From: a bacterium
Lineage (GTDB): Bacteria; Patescibacteriota; Dojkabacteria; SC72
NCBI GenBank assembly: GCA_021107795.1
Contig: JAIOSB010000027.1
Span: forward strand, 290 to 64,289
Direction: 5' to 3'
DNA length: 64,000 nt
Shown one piece after another: positions 9,941-19,375 of the stretch (position 1 is its first letter; each line of letters begins with the position of its first letter). The position numbers and the translations under genes were made by a program. Below the pieces are notes generated by a model, which ran no database searches, had not been told where the DNA came from, and worked only from the letters and a program-made list of their open reading frames with translations.

Positions 9941-10882
9941 TTATTCTACACTTTTGACATATTCAGGATCAATTGCATTCATGAATCCTACAAAAGGTAC
10001 ACTAAAGAGTTCTTTTTCATATTCAACATCACATACTCCTGAGATTTCGTAGGAGTAGTATAGGTAGTTTTGATTACAATTGACAAAGTAAAGGACTGGT
10101 TCAACCGTATTGATAGAACATTTTTCATATTTTAATTCCACATCCATTGTCTCATATGAAAACTCGTCAACTTCTATCATTCCAGTTGCATCAATGGTTA
10201 TACTTTTAGGATATTGAGGAGAGGAGAGATATAATTCTAAAACATTGGTTTCCGCTATCATGGGGACTATATATTCCGATTTCTCAATTTGTGCTAGTAA
10301 TACTCTCGCAGTACTTAAATATCCGTTTGTTAAATAGAAATAGTCAGAGCTACCCGAGCCTACTTTCACCTCTTTTTCATCGATAATTCTATTAACCCTA
10401 TACATCCTAAAATTTTCTCCTTCGTCTATGATAGGGGTAGTATATTTAATTGAAGTGTCTAAGTAAGTCGATATGAATTCTTCTATGGTGCCAAATCTTA
10501 TCGCTTCAGGATATTTCGTAAGATTTATCATAAGGACTGTAGTGTCAATATCATATCTTAATACCTCCGCATTATCTTTCTCCCATTTTACAAAATTCAT
10601 ATCAGAGGTCTTTTGCAAACTACTATCTATTTCAAATGCAAATTGGTCTAGATATTCTGGGATTGTGTTAGATTTACAAATATAGAGGGGGGAATCTCCT
10701 GATTCAAGTTCCACATCTATTCTAAGATTGTATTCCTTGTAATCACTGAGGTAGGGATTTGCATCTACTAGCTCACTTTCTAATACGTTTGGCTGGAGTA
10801 AAGAGTAAAGAAGGAATATTCCTGCAAGAAGCATTGTTACTACACCTACCACTATTAAGATTTTTAATGTTTTTTTATTCAT
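9941..10882 (-). CDS. Membrane-anchored hypothetical protein
   Basis: 313-aa ORF, N-terminal TM helix, tightly packed in the operon. Confidence 0.75.
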   Translation of the reverse strand: MNKKTLKILIVVGVVTMLLAGIFLLYSLLQPNVLESELVDANPYLSDYKEYNLRIDVELESGDSPLYICKSNTIPEYLDQFAFEIDSSLQKTSDMNFVKWEKDNAEVLRYDIDTTVLMINLTKYPEAIRFGTIEEFISTYLDTSIKYTTPIIDEGENFRMYRVNRIIDEKEVKVGSGSSDYFYLTNGYLSTARVLLAQIEKSEYIVPMIAETNVLELYLSSPQYPKSITIDATGMIEVDEFSYETMDVELKYEKCSINTVEPVLYFVNCNQNYLYYSYEISGVCDVEYEKELFSVPFVGFMNAIDPEYVKSVE

Positions 10883-10897
10883 AATTTTTATTAATTA

Positions 10898-13807
10898 TTA
10901 AGGACGACAAGGTGGACATTTTGATTCTGATTGAACTCCATTTACACAACCCATATCCACTAAGAAAGCGATAGGGTCAATATATTGACCGTTATGTGTT
11001 ATTGTAAGGTGTACATGAGCTCCTGTCCAGCAATAGAAAACCCCATTCTTATTAGGCCTGGTTGTCCCCAAAGGATCATCAGCAACTATCTCAGCTGCAT
11101 ATTGGTAGATATATGCGACTGGCTCACCAGCTTTGTAGTTACGACCATTTCCTGGAGGTATTAGTTTGGTATGCATGAGATTAAACACATTTCCCTGACC
11201 ATCACTGAACTCTATATTCCACCCAGTAAAACCACCGTCAGTACATCTCCATGCAGCCATGCTTGATAGTTTTGCTGTACAGGTAGAGGTGTCACAATAT
11301 TGTGGAGCGAAGAAAAACTTCATTCCTGCTAAGTCTACTGGGTATAGATTTGTAATATTCTTGTGAGAACACTTTGTATTACTAAATCCCTGAGTACAAC
11401 GATATTTGACATCACCAAATGGACAGCTAGAATTGGTTGGTGCAGGGATATTGATAGGAGGAGGAACAAAGTTACCACTAGAATACAGATAGCCAGAGCT
11501 AAATCCTCCATATCCTCCAAAACCTTTATTTTCGTATATGGTACCTGGTATTTCTCTAGAATATGAATCTACTGAGGCCCTATTGCTATACTCACTTGAA
11601 GCTCCAATTAACAATATTAGTCCAAATACCCCGACAAAAGCATAAACAATTACCTTTATCGACAACTTCGTAACTCCTTCCATAACCCAAGCTACTACCA
11701 CTGTCACGGCTGTACCCAAAGGACCTGCAATTGCAGTACCTGCAAGACCAAATGCTGCGACAATACCTTGAGATATAGCACTTGATAAGGCAGCTCCTCC
11801 TGTTGCCTTCCATGATGTCAATAAAGCCATAGCAGCTTTGTCTTTTGTAAAGAATTTAAGCTTAGAGAGAACAGAGAATACACCCTTTCTTATACCCGTT
11901 TGTACTTTCCCCAAGGTTTTTTCTTGAAATAGACTCAACATCCTTGCAGGTGTGCTAAATATAGCTGTAACTTTAGACCATTGTTCAAGTGCATTTGATA
12001 TTTTCTCAGCTTTAAAAAATTTTTTAGCAAAAGCACTGTTTTCATCCCCTAAACCTTTTAGAACATAGCCCAATATATTTCTGTATTTAGGTTCTTTGGC
12101 AAGCAATTGGATTTGTTCCGTAGAATTAAGTTTTTTGTATTTTTTATAAAATTTCCAGAATTTAGGATCTTGCAATTCTTTGAATACTCCAGACTTAACA
12201 CTCCACATTTTCTTGATTTCTATTTTTTTATTATCTGCCACCCATGCAAACCCTTCTCCTGTAAACATAGATTTTACCCAAGTTGCTGGGTTCATATAGT
12301 AAAATCGAACCATACCATCGTTGTATGCATCTCTTAAATTTCGCTTATATGAAATCTCTGCTGATTTTGATTTCACAAATTCTACTTTATTCCACTTCCC
12401 CTTGCCAATTAATATTGTACCCGCATTATCTACTGGGCAGCCATAATATCCTTTAATAGGGTTGTAGAAATCCCCATTGAGAATAGCTTCAATTCCTCCT
12501 GGTCCAAAAGTCTGTTTCACCCCATAATAAAGACCCTCAGCTGCTCCAATTCCACTCCACAATTGAACACTATTCAAAGATCTTCTCGTCGATCTTAATT
12601 GTTTAATATTCTTTTGAGCTACAGATATCTCAGCTCTCTTCTGTGATTTTGACAATTTGCCATAATCTATAAGATTACTACCTGTACCAAATGTCTTCCC
12701 ACTTCTAATAGCTTTTAATCGGTCTCTTAACTCTTCCTCGTTAGATCGGATATTGCTCTTTGCTCTCTTCAATTTAAAAAGTATTCCCTCATCTTTACTT
12801 CCATCAAGACTCTCTGCTCCCTTCATAGCCCTAGCATCGAGAGTGTCATACTTTTTCCATAACTCTAAGATATTATTCGAACTTTCTAGCTTATTATATT
12901 CCACCAATTCTTTTGCTGTTAGTTGAGACTTCGTCCTGTTACCTAACAAATCGTTTTGCCTTTCTTCAAACTCCAGACCTAAAAGGCTCCTAAATGTTTC
13001 AGCACTAGAAATTGTGTCGGTAATCTTATCTATATTATCTTGAGTGTCTTCCCACCGTTTACTATCCGTTTTCTTGTTCAAATTCTTCAAAGAGGCTTCT
13101 AATGCATTAATACCTTCCATACCATTAAGAGAATTAATCTGATTGGTTAACTTCTCCTTCAGCTCCTTTCCTTTCCTTGTATTTTCATCCACCTTGTTCT
13201 TTCTTGCAATTAATTTTCTAACGTCAGTCCTACTCACATATCCATCTTTTCTTAATTCTTCAGAGGCTCGTACAATCCATTGCCTATCTCTAGGACTTCC
13301 CGAATCTTGGGCTGCCTGTCCTACTGCTCTCTCAAGGGTATTTTTAAGATCCCCATACCCCTCGAATAGCCCCATCTTTTTGGCATATGTACTCCCTGCT
13401 AAATATCTCATAGCCTCACCAGCCCATCTGATATTCTCCATTTTAGATATGGTTTTGTTTGTCTCAAAGAGTTTGTCTATGAATTCATCAGGCTTCTCGA
13501 AGAAATCGGGTAACCCACTTGCTGTCAGCTTGACTACAGGTATACGACTAGTCTGTACTCCCACTTTGATAGTCGGATCAACCAGTCCTTGCATAGCTCC
13601 TAGGAATTGATCTCCCACAAACATCCCTGGCATAGCCAATGCATCTACCAAGGTTTGTACATACTCAGAACTTGCTTGACTATCTGCTGTTGGTGGAGGT
13701 CTTACTGGTTTCCTTTGCTCTGGAGGTAATTCAGATTGTTCCAGAACAAAACCTAGGATATCTGATACAGATGATATTGTTTTATCCTTACCCTTATATC
13801 CAGCCAT
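10898..13807 (-). CDS. Large membrane protein with C-terminal M23-peptidase-like domain
   Basis: Basic/coiled N-terminal region, Gly/Ala-rich TM segments, C-terminal TQGF..H..VDL..LMH..GEPVA..TGAHVHL..IDP. Confidence 0.7.
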   Translation of the reverse strand: MAGYKGKDKTISSVSDILGFVLEQSELPPEQRKPVRPPPTADSQASSEYVQTLVDALAMPGMFVGDQFLGAMQGLVDPTIKVGVQTSRIPVVKLTASGLPDFFEKPDEFIDKLFETNKTISKMENIRWAGEAMRYLAGSTYAKKMGLFEGYGDLKNTLERAVGQAAQDSGSPRDRQWIVRASEELRKDGYVSRTDVRKLIARKNKVDENTRKGKELKEKLTNQINSLNGMEGINALEASLKNLNKKTDSKRWEDTQDNIDKITDTISSAETFRSLLGLEFEERQNDLLGNRTKSQLTAKELVEYNKLESSNNILELWKKYDTLDARAMKGAESLDGSKDEGILFKLKRAKSNIRSNEEELRDRLKAIRSGKTFGTGSNLIDYGKLSKSQKRAEISVAQKNIKQLRSTRRSLNSVQLWSGIGAAEGLYYGVKQTFGPGGIEAILNGDFYNPIKGYYGCPVDNAGTILIGKGKWNKVEFVKSKSAEISYKRNLRDAYNDGMVRFYYMNPATWVKSMFTGEGFAWVADNKKIEIKKMWSVKSGVFKELQDPKFWKFYKKYKKLNSTEQIQLLAKEPKYRNILGYVLKGLGDENSAFAKKFFKAEKISNALEQWSKVTAIFSTPARMLSLFQEKTLGKVQTGIRKGVFSVLSKLKFFTKDKAAMALLTSWKATGGAALSSAISQGIVAAFGLAGTAIAGPLGTAVTVVVAWVMEGVTKLSIKVIVYAFVGVFGLILLIGASSEYSNRASVDSYSREIPGTIYENKGFGGYGGFSSGYLYSSGNFVPPPINIPAPTNSSCPFGDVKYRCTQGFSNTKCSHKNITNLYPVDLAGMKFFFAPQYCDTSTCTAKLSSMAAWRCTDGGFTGWNIEFSDGQGNVFNLMHTKLIPPGNGRNYKAGEPVAYIYQYAAEIVADDPLGTTRPNKNGVFYCWTGAHVHLTITHNGQYIDPIAFLVDMGCVNGVQSESKCPPCRP

Positions 13808-13817
13808 ATATTTTTAT

Positions 13818-15266
13818 TTACTTTATTAATTTCCCTAACAATGGAATTCCGCCCAAAGCCTGTTTTGCAGCTTGTGCTGCATCCCCTGCATCTTTTGAGG
13901 TCGTAGGTGGTAGTAAAACTTTAGCGTATACATCTGCTTTAGAAGCTATAAAGATGACGAAGATTTGTAATACAAAAATTAATAATCCACCAAGCAAGTC
14001 TTGACTCTGATCAATTTGCGCTGTTGTTTGAGGAAGTGTGAGCTTATCCGGTCCTGGTAGCGATAAACCACCATCGCTTACAGCATAAAGAACTCCTGGG
14101 ATATTAAGAATTGCAAATGTAATCGGATATACTAACACATTTCTCATAATACTTTTCATCCAATTGATAAAACTTGCACTTTGACCTGGAATAGCTGACA
14201 TAGCAATTTGGAAAGGACCTGTTATTACAGCAATTAGAATACCAATATATGCCTTTATTAAAGTTAGAAAAACCTTAAAAACACCGACTGTCACTACAGC
14301 TAAAATAGCCAATACCAAGATTAATCCTACAAGTCCAACGACGACACCTGTAAGAGGGGCTGCAATAAATCCAACGACAACACCTATAGCTGCAGTTCCA
14401 CCAACAAGACCCAGTAACCCACCCTTACCTCCAAAGTCTGCAAATTGAGTCATTTCTTCAAAAAGGCCTTCCGGTGTAAACGCCCTAAATATACTACCCA
14501 AACTTTCCAGTGTAATAGGGTCACTATATTCACTACTACTAAAAATATCTACTAGAAGGACCATCATGAGCCCTCCAATATCTATTATCACTCCCGCTAT
14601 TGCAAAACTAAAGGTAACCCCTATTAACGCAAGAATAATGTTTGGTAGAGTATTCCCAAGAGTCACTAATGTCTGTCCTCCTAGTTTACTTCTAAACATG
14701 ATCATGAATCCAACAACTATCATGATTAATATGAAGAATACATAAGTAATATTCCTAACCTGTGACCATAATCCACTGATACCAGTATTAACCAACTCAT
14801 CATATCCTGAGTCAAATCCACTAGTTGTAATACTTGCATACACAGAACTATCTGCCTGATAACCAGGTACCCACTCTTCTGCCAAATGCGCATATACATT
14901 AACAAGAGGTTGTGATTCGTATAAAGCATATACTCCATCGGATGTCATACCATATATACCTCTTTTCATGTCAGGCGATATCGTATCTGAGTCCAACATT
15001 GCTTGATAGTCTGAAGATATTTCTGGTGCTAGATAAATAATTGCATTAACCACTGCGGTATTGGCACTAACAGCCTGTGACCTAGCAGAGTTATACTCAT
15101 CTCCCTCTGCCCCCTGCCCCACATTCACAGCTTCTACAGTAGATCCATATGATCCACTAAGGTCTAAACCTGTGTATTCTTGAGCATACGCATTAGTAGA
15201 TAAGAAGAAGAAAGCTATAACAAGTACTGACCAAAACAAATCTTTATTAAATCTATTTATTTTCAT
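13818..15266 (-). CDS. VirB6/TrbL-like polytopic membrane protein of CPR T4SS-like loci
   Basis: LWSQVRNITYVFFILIMIVVGFMIMFRSKLGGQTLVT..LPNIILALIGVTFSFAIAGVIID; multiple TM helices. Confidence 0.65.
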   Translation of the reverse strand: MKINRFNKDLFWSVLVIAFFFLSTNAYAQEYTGLDLSGSYGSTVEAVNVGQGAEGDEYNSARSQAVSANTAVVNAIIYLAPEISSDYQAMLDSDTISPDMKRGIYGMTSDGVYALYESQPLVNVYAHLAEEWVPGYQADSSVYASITTSGFDSGYDELVNTGISGLWSQVRNITYVFFILIMIVVGFMIMFRSKLGGQTLVTLGNTLPNIILALIGVTFSFAIAGVIIDIGGLMMVLLVDIFSSSEYSDPITLESLGSIFRAFTPEGLFEEMTQFADFGGKGGLLGLVGGTAAIGVVVGFIAAPLTGVVVGLVGLILVLAILAVVTVGVFKVFLTLIKAYIGILIAVITGPFQIAMSAIPGQSASFINWMKSIMRNVLVYPITFAILNIPGVLYAVSDGGLSLPGPDKLTLPQTTAQIDQSQDLLGGLLIFVLQIFVIFIASKADVYAKVLLPPTTSKDAGDAAQAAKQALGGIPLLGKLIK

Positions 15267-15290
15267 AGGATAATTAAAAAATATTAAATA

Positions 15291-16631
15291 TTACATCTTA
15301 TATACAGGATCTGTTCTATTCTCACTCTCCCATACATGAAAATTCATATAATCCATTCTATCAGGAAATACCTCCTGAGGCATATTATCATGTGACTGAA
15401 ATTCTAATTCTTGAGTAATATAGTCAATATCCCAAGCACAAGAAAGAGCCTTATTACCATATCCTCCAATATTTGCATAACAAGTTGTTAAGACATAAAT
15501 CTTCTGTGACTCATCAGCATTTGGAATTGAAAAACTTCCATTTCTTAACTTATTGAACTCCGTTACACACTTTCCATCAATACAATCTGCTTTACTACCC
15601 CAAGGAGACTCCATAATTACAACAATACTTGCAGTATTTATACAATTCTCATCTGCACCACTTATGCTAGAACACCTATCTGCATCAAAGATATTCATTA
15701 TTTCCTTAAAAAACGATATTACAATTTGCTTAAGACTTGGAGTACAACCTATCATCTCTGTATCTAAATCCATATTGATAAATGTAGTGTTCGTATCACA
15801 ATCATCTATACCATCATCTTCTTGCTCTGGAATATTTTCATAATATCCTGGATAATTCTGTGATTGACCCAATACATATGATCCAGACAAATATTTCTCT
15901 GGTGTCGGGTTAGAATAGTTTCTACAAGCTGCTCCACAATCATTAACTTGATACTTAGAGATAGAGATTTCACTTGTACCTGAGCCTTTGGCATTAGCAG
16001 TACCTTCAATGGAATAATTAATACCAAAAGATTTCGTTTTAGAAGCTTCCCCAGCATCTATAATAGCTTGTGTCTGAGTCTCTCCTGGGTACATATTCCC
16101 TGCAACCACTTCTTTATTAATCATCTCTCCCGCAGGTCTTAGTGTCCAGTGTTCAGTACCATCTTCTTCAGTAAATATTTGCCTAACAGATGAGTCCATA
16201 GTTGGAGATCCATTCAAAAGAGGTGGTACTTCGATACTAGTAAGAGAAATCGAAGCCTTTCTATCTACCATATCCCCTATACTCAGTTCTCTATCTTCTT
16301 TACCCATGTCCGCATCGAAAGAGAAAGTCCTAGCACATACTTTCTCGGAGGAATAGCTGTAGAAAGGAGTTACACATACATCCTGTTCTCCTAAAACCAT
16401 TCCTGGTTTAACCTCTCTAATCGGTTTGAAATTTTCATCTATTTCAAAGAACAAAGCTTGTTCCAATTGCCAGTCCTCTTCATTGGCCTCTACTTTCTCA
16501 CGAAGTACATACTCTTGAGTATCAGCTTGGATATGAGTAACCCTTTGTGTCTTGTTTATAACAAAAACCCCAAACAAAATAAGGAAAGATAAAAGAAGGA
16601 CAGGTTTTCGCGAATACAATTTCTTTGACAT
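15291..16631 (-). CDS. Exported Cys-rich hypothetical protein
   Basis: N-terminal signal/TM, paired Cys residues, acidic composition. Confidence 0.75.
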   Translation of the reverse strand: MSKKLYSRKPVLLLSFLILFGVFVINKTQRVTHIQADTQEYVLREKVEANEEDWQLEQALFFEIDENFKPIREVKPGMVLGEQDVCVTPFYSYSSEKVCARTFSFDADMGKEDRELSIGDMVDRKASISLTSIEVPPLLNGSPTMDSSVRQIFTEEDGTEHWTLRPAGEMINKEVVAGNMYPGETQTQAIIDAGEASKTKSFGINYSIEGTANAKGSGTSEISISKYQVNDCGAACRNYSNPTPEKYLSGSYVLGQSQNYPGYYENIPEQEDDGIDDCDTNTTFINMDLDTEMIGCTPSLKQIVISFFKEIMNIFDADRCSSISGADENCINTASIVVIMESPWGSKADCIDGKCVTEFNKLRNGSFSIPNADESQKIYVLTTCYANIGGYGNKALSCAWDIDYITQELEFQSHDNMPQEVFPDRMDYMNFHVWESENRTDPVYKM

Positions 16632-16669
16632 AGTACAATATACATCGAAAAGAAGATGTATTCAATTGA

Positions 16670-18283
16670 TTAATCTATAAGAATGCCATAATCAGAAAGT
16701 AATGGGATTGAACTGTATGCTGAATTACTTGAATCAGAGACAGAGACTTCTACTTCTTCAGAAACAGCTTCTCCAACAGTCATTTCTGTAGCTGAAGGGT
16801 TTGTGAAATATTTAGAACTAAAGTTAACGATATCATCATTACTTTTATCGAAATATCCGCCCTCTGCATCTCTTGCTCCACCAATTGTCAAAATCCAAGA
16901 CCCTTCACTATCTACTAAGGTAGATATCGGGTAGCTTGTACCACTAGAACCAATACCGTCATTGTCCGTAAAGGTTGCAACAACAAGAGCATTTTTATAA
17001 TCCACAACCTCAAGAATACCTACAATGGTCTCAAACTGTGGAGGGCTGGATTGTGTAGCAAAAGTTTTTACTTCACCTTCATATTCATATACATCTTCTC
17101 CCGAGTATATTTCAAAAAAGTATGTTGTCTCTGGTTGTAATTGTGCAATCTCAATACTATGCAAGAAATATTCTCCTTGAGACGCTATACCATCTCTCTC
17201 ATCTCTCCCTTTATTAGACAAATCTGATGTAGTAGTTCCATACATTACATAGCCTTGTTGTGATTCCTTAGAGAACCATATTATCGAACAACTAACATCC
17301 GTAAGATTTGTAATCATTACACTCTCTACTCCATATACCTCCGGTTGAGAAGGCACTACTCCACTATTTGATACCATATCAATCCAAGCTAAATCACTCT
17401 TAAGTTCGTATAGGTTATCGGGAGTTTCATCTTCAATTTTCTCTTCTTCTTCTACCACAGGTACTACATATGAGTCTTTTTCTTCAATTATCATATCAGG
17501 TTTTTCACCTTCTTCTGTAGCTACAAGTTTCGTAGCGTCAGAGATATAGGTATCATATGGACTTCCAAAGATTACAAGCGTTTCCGTTAGTTTCATACTA
17601 GAATCAAAGATTGTCCCATATTGTCCTTCTACCACACCTGCATTCCCAACACTTGACACTCCCAGTATTACTAAGTCTGTTGAGTCTAACAGTGTATACA
17701 TACTCTTATCCTCAATACTTCTTAACGATGAGAGATCCACTAACCAGTTCCCATTGCTAGATGGAACAGTTGCTACTGGGTATGTCGTTTTGTCCTTGGG
17801 GAATATATATATTAGGGCATCGTCATCACTTATATCAGAGAGTTCTCCATGTACGGGTGTAGGGGTTGGAATATCTGCACTAATATTGGCTGTAGTAAAA
17901 CTAAACTCTTCCCCTTCTATATCTGTGTACATATCTTCTCCTGATATGATTTTAAAATCATATTCTGTATTTGGTTCTAAACTTTGAATTTCAACGTAGT
18001 GAGTATTTCTCTTCTCATTTCCCCTCTTATCTATCACTGGATTTTTCTCAGTTCCATTGAGTACAGGGATTACCGACCCTATTACTTCACTTTCAGTAGT
18101 CCATGTTACTGTGATGGAATTGGTAGTAAGGTTTGCAAGTATTGCATCTTTGGGTTGTGTATTTACTCCTGCATTTGTAAACCATCGTGCACCACTGTAT
18201 ATGGCAAAGAGTGTAAGAGGAATACCTAGTACCAGCGTAATTATTGTAGTTAGTTGCTTCTTTTGGTATGGAGTTATGTACAT
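16670..18283 (-). CDS. Membrane-anchored protein with two FN3 (purple-acid-phosphatase-N-like) + beta-sandwich repeats
   Basis: Two repeats: NLTTNSITVTW..HYVEIQSLEPNTEY..NGNW and NLTDVSCSIIW..HSIEIAQLQPETTY..EGSW. Confidence 0.8.
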   Translation of the reverse strand: MYITPYQKKQLTTIITLVLGIPLTLFAIYSGARWFTNAGVNTQPKDAILANLTTNSITVTWTTESEVIGSVIPVLNGTEKNPVIDKRGNEKRNTHYVEIQSLEPNTEYDFKIISGEDMYTDIEGEEFSFTTANISADIPTPTPVHGELSDISDDDALIYIFPKDKTTYPVATVPSSNGNWLVDLSSLRSIEDKSMYTLLDSTDLVILGVSSVGNAGVVEGQYGTIFDSSMKLTETLVIFGSPYDTYISDATKLVATEEGEKPDMIIEEKDSYVVPVVEEEEKIEDETPDNLYELKSDLAWIDMVSNSGVVPSQPEVYGVESVMITNLTDVSCSIIWFSKESQQGYVMYGTTTSDLSNKGRDERDGIASQGEYFLHSIEIAQLQPETTYFFEIYSGEDVYEYEGEVKTFATQSSPPQFETIVGILEVVDYKNALVVATFTDNDGIGSSGTSYPISTLVDSEGSWILTIGGARDAEGGYFDKSNDDIVNFSSKYFTNPSATEMTVGEAVSEEVEVSVSDSSNSAYSSIPLLSDYGILID

Positions 18284-18390
18284 AGCTCTATATTACATTT
18301 ATTATTTCTATTAGACAATGGGGAGGGATCTTTGACGATGTGGATAATCGAGTTCATCTTTTATTCATAATCAATATGTAGAATATTAGT

Positions 18391-18879
18391 ATGAGTCAAG
18401 AGGATATTACATATGTATTTATAGATGCTCAGAATCTATATCTGGGTATAAGAGATCTAGGCTGGCATATTGATTATAGAAAACTCAATGTTTACCTGAA
18501 GGAAAAGTATCAAGCTCAATGTCTTTATATGTATATTGGATATCTGAAAGGAAATCAAAAGCTCTATACCAAACTTACACAGGCTGGTTTCGATATTATA
18601 TTCAAGGATACAGTGCGATATGGAAGAAACCGGGTTATTAAAGGTAACGTTGATGTAGATCTCACAGTAGATGTAATAAGAAAAGCATCCCTATACAACA
18701 AAGCCATTTTTATAAGTGCGGATGGGGATTTTTGTGCACTTTACAACTACCTTCTCAAAGAAAAAGGGAAAGAAATTTTAATACTAATCCCCAATATTTA
18801 TAAATATTCAAAGTTACTATTAAAATATAAGGGTAGACTAAGATTTATGAATGATTTGAGAGCCAAGATTGGGGAATAA
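18391..18879 (+). CDS. NYN-domain (LabA/DUF88, PIN-like fold) putative ribonuclease
   Basis: YVFIDAQNL, KGNVDVDL and FISADGDF, with the acidic catalytic residues retained. Confidence 0.9.
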   Translation: MSQEDITYVFIDAQNLYLGIRDLGWHIDYRKLNVYLKEKYQAQCLYMYIGYLKGNQKLYTKLTQAGFDIIFKDTVRYGRNRVIKGNVDVDLTVDVIRKASLYNKAIFISADGDFCALYNYLLKEKGKEILILIPNIYKYSKLLLKYKGRLRFMNDLRAKIGE

Positions 18880-18933
18880 AAAGGGGGAGTGTTGCTTGTA
18901 AGACGAAACTTACAACCTTCCCTCCCTCGTGAT
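18878..18933 (-). ncRNA. Candidate ~55-nt structured small RNA convergent on the NYN gene (strand not certain)
   Basis: Nested stems GGGAG/CTCCC (18885-89/18922-26) and TTGTAAG/CTTACAA (18896-902/18909-15). On the minus strand it follows a consensus promoter and ends in a U-run (18882-18878). Confidence 0.55.
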
Positions 18934-18938
18934 AGCTC

Positions 18939-18967
18939 ATTATAATAAATATCTACGATAATTACAA
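18939..18967 (-). promoter_or_regulatory. Sigma70-type promoter pointing into the NYN 3' element
   Basis: TTGTAA (18967-18962), 17 bp, TATAAT (18944-18939). No minus-strand ORF directly downstream. Confidence 0.6.
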
Positions 18968-19014
18968 CACGAGCAACACTAATTCATATCATGTTCACAA
19001 TCAGAAAAGGCTTT

Positions 19015-19329
19015 TTACTTCTTCATCCCTGAGAGAAACTCTGTAAGCGTAGTTAGTAATCCTGATATTTGTCTAACAGGTTGTATTACTGCTTGGTTTA
19101 CTTCTTCTACAGTCCCTTTTGTAGTACTTACCATTGCTTGAACATCATCAAGTATCACATTCGTCTTAATTAGTGTTTTGTTTGCTTCTTCAATGATCTT
19201 TGTACTACCCTGAACTACTCCTCTGGTATCTTTGGTAACCATACCTAGTTGGTAGAGTATGAATGTAAAGAATGCTACAGGTATCCCCATAAGTATCATC
19301 CAGTATATTGATGGTATTGTGTCGAACAT
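19015..19329 (-). CDS. Small membrane-anchored coiled-coil protein (DUF948/YoxC-like)
   Basis: N-terminal TM helix followed by heptad-like repeats. Confidence 0.65.
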   Translation of the reverse strand: MFDTIPSIYWMILMGIPVAFFTFILYQLGMVTKDTRGVVQGSTKIIEEANKTLIKTNVILDDVQAMVSTTKGTVEEVNQAVIQPVRQISGLLTTLTEFLSGMKK

Positions 19330-19375
19330 ATGTATAGTGTTTTAATTAATCTATACCTTAGAATATCAGATATCC

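Noticed and set aside
18896-18915. GACGAAAC resembling a hammerhead ribozyme core
   Set aside because: No CUGANGA partner or three-way junction nearby; it is just a hairpin loop.
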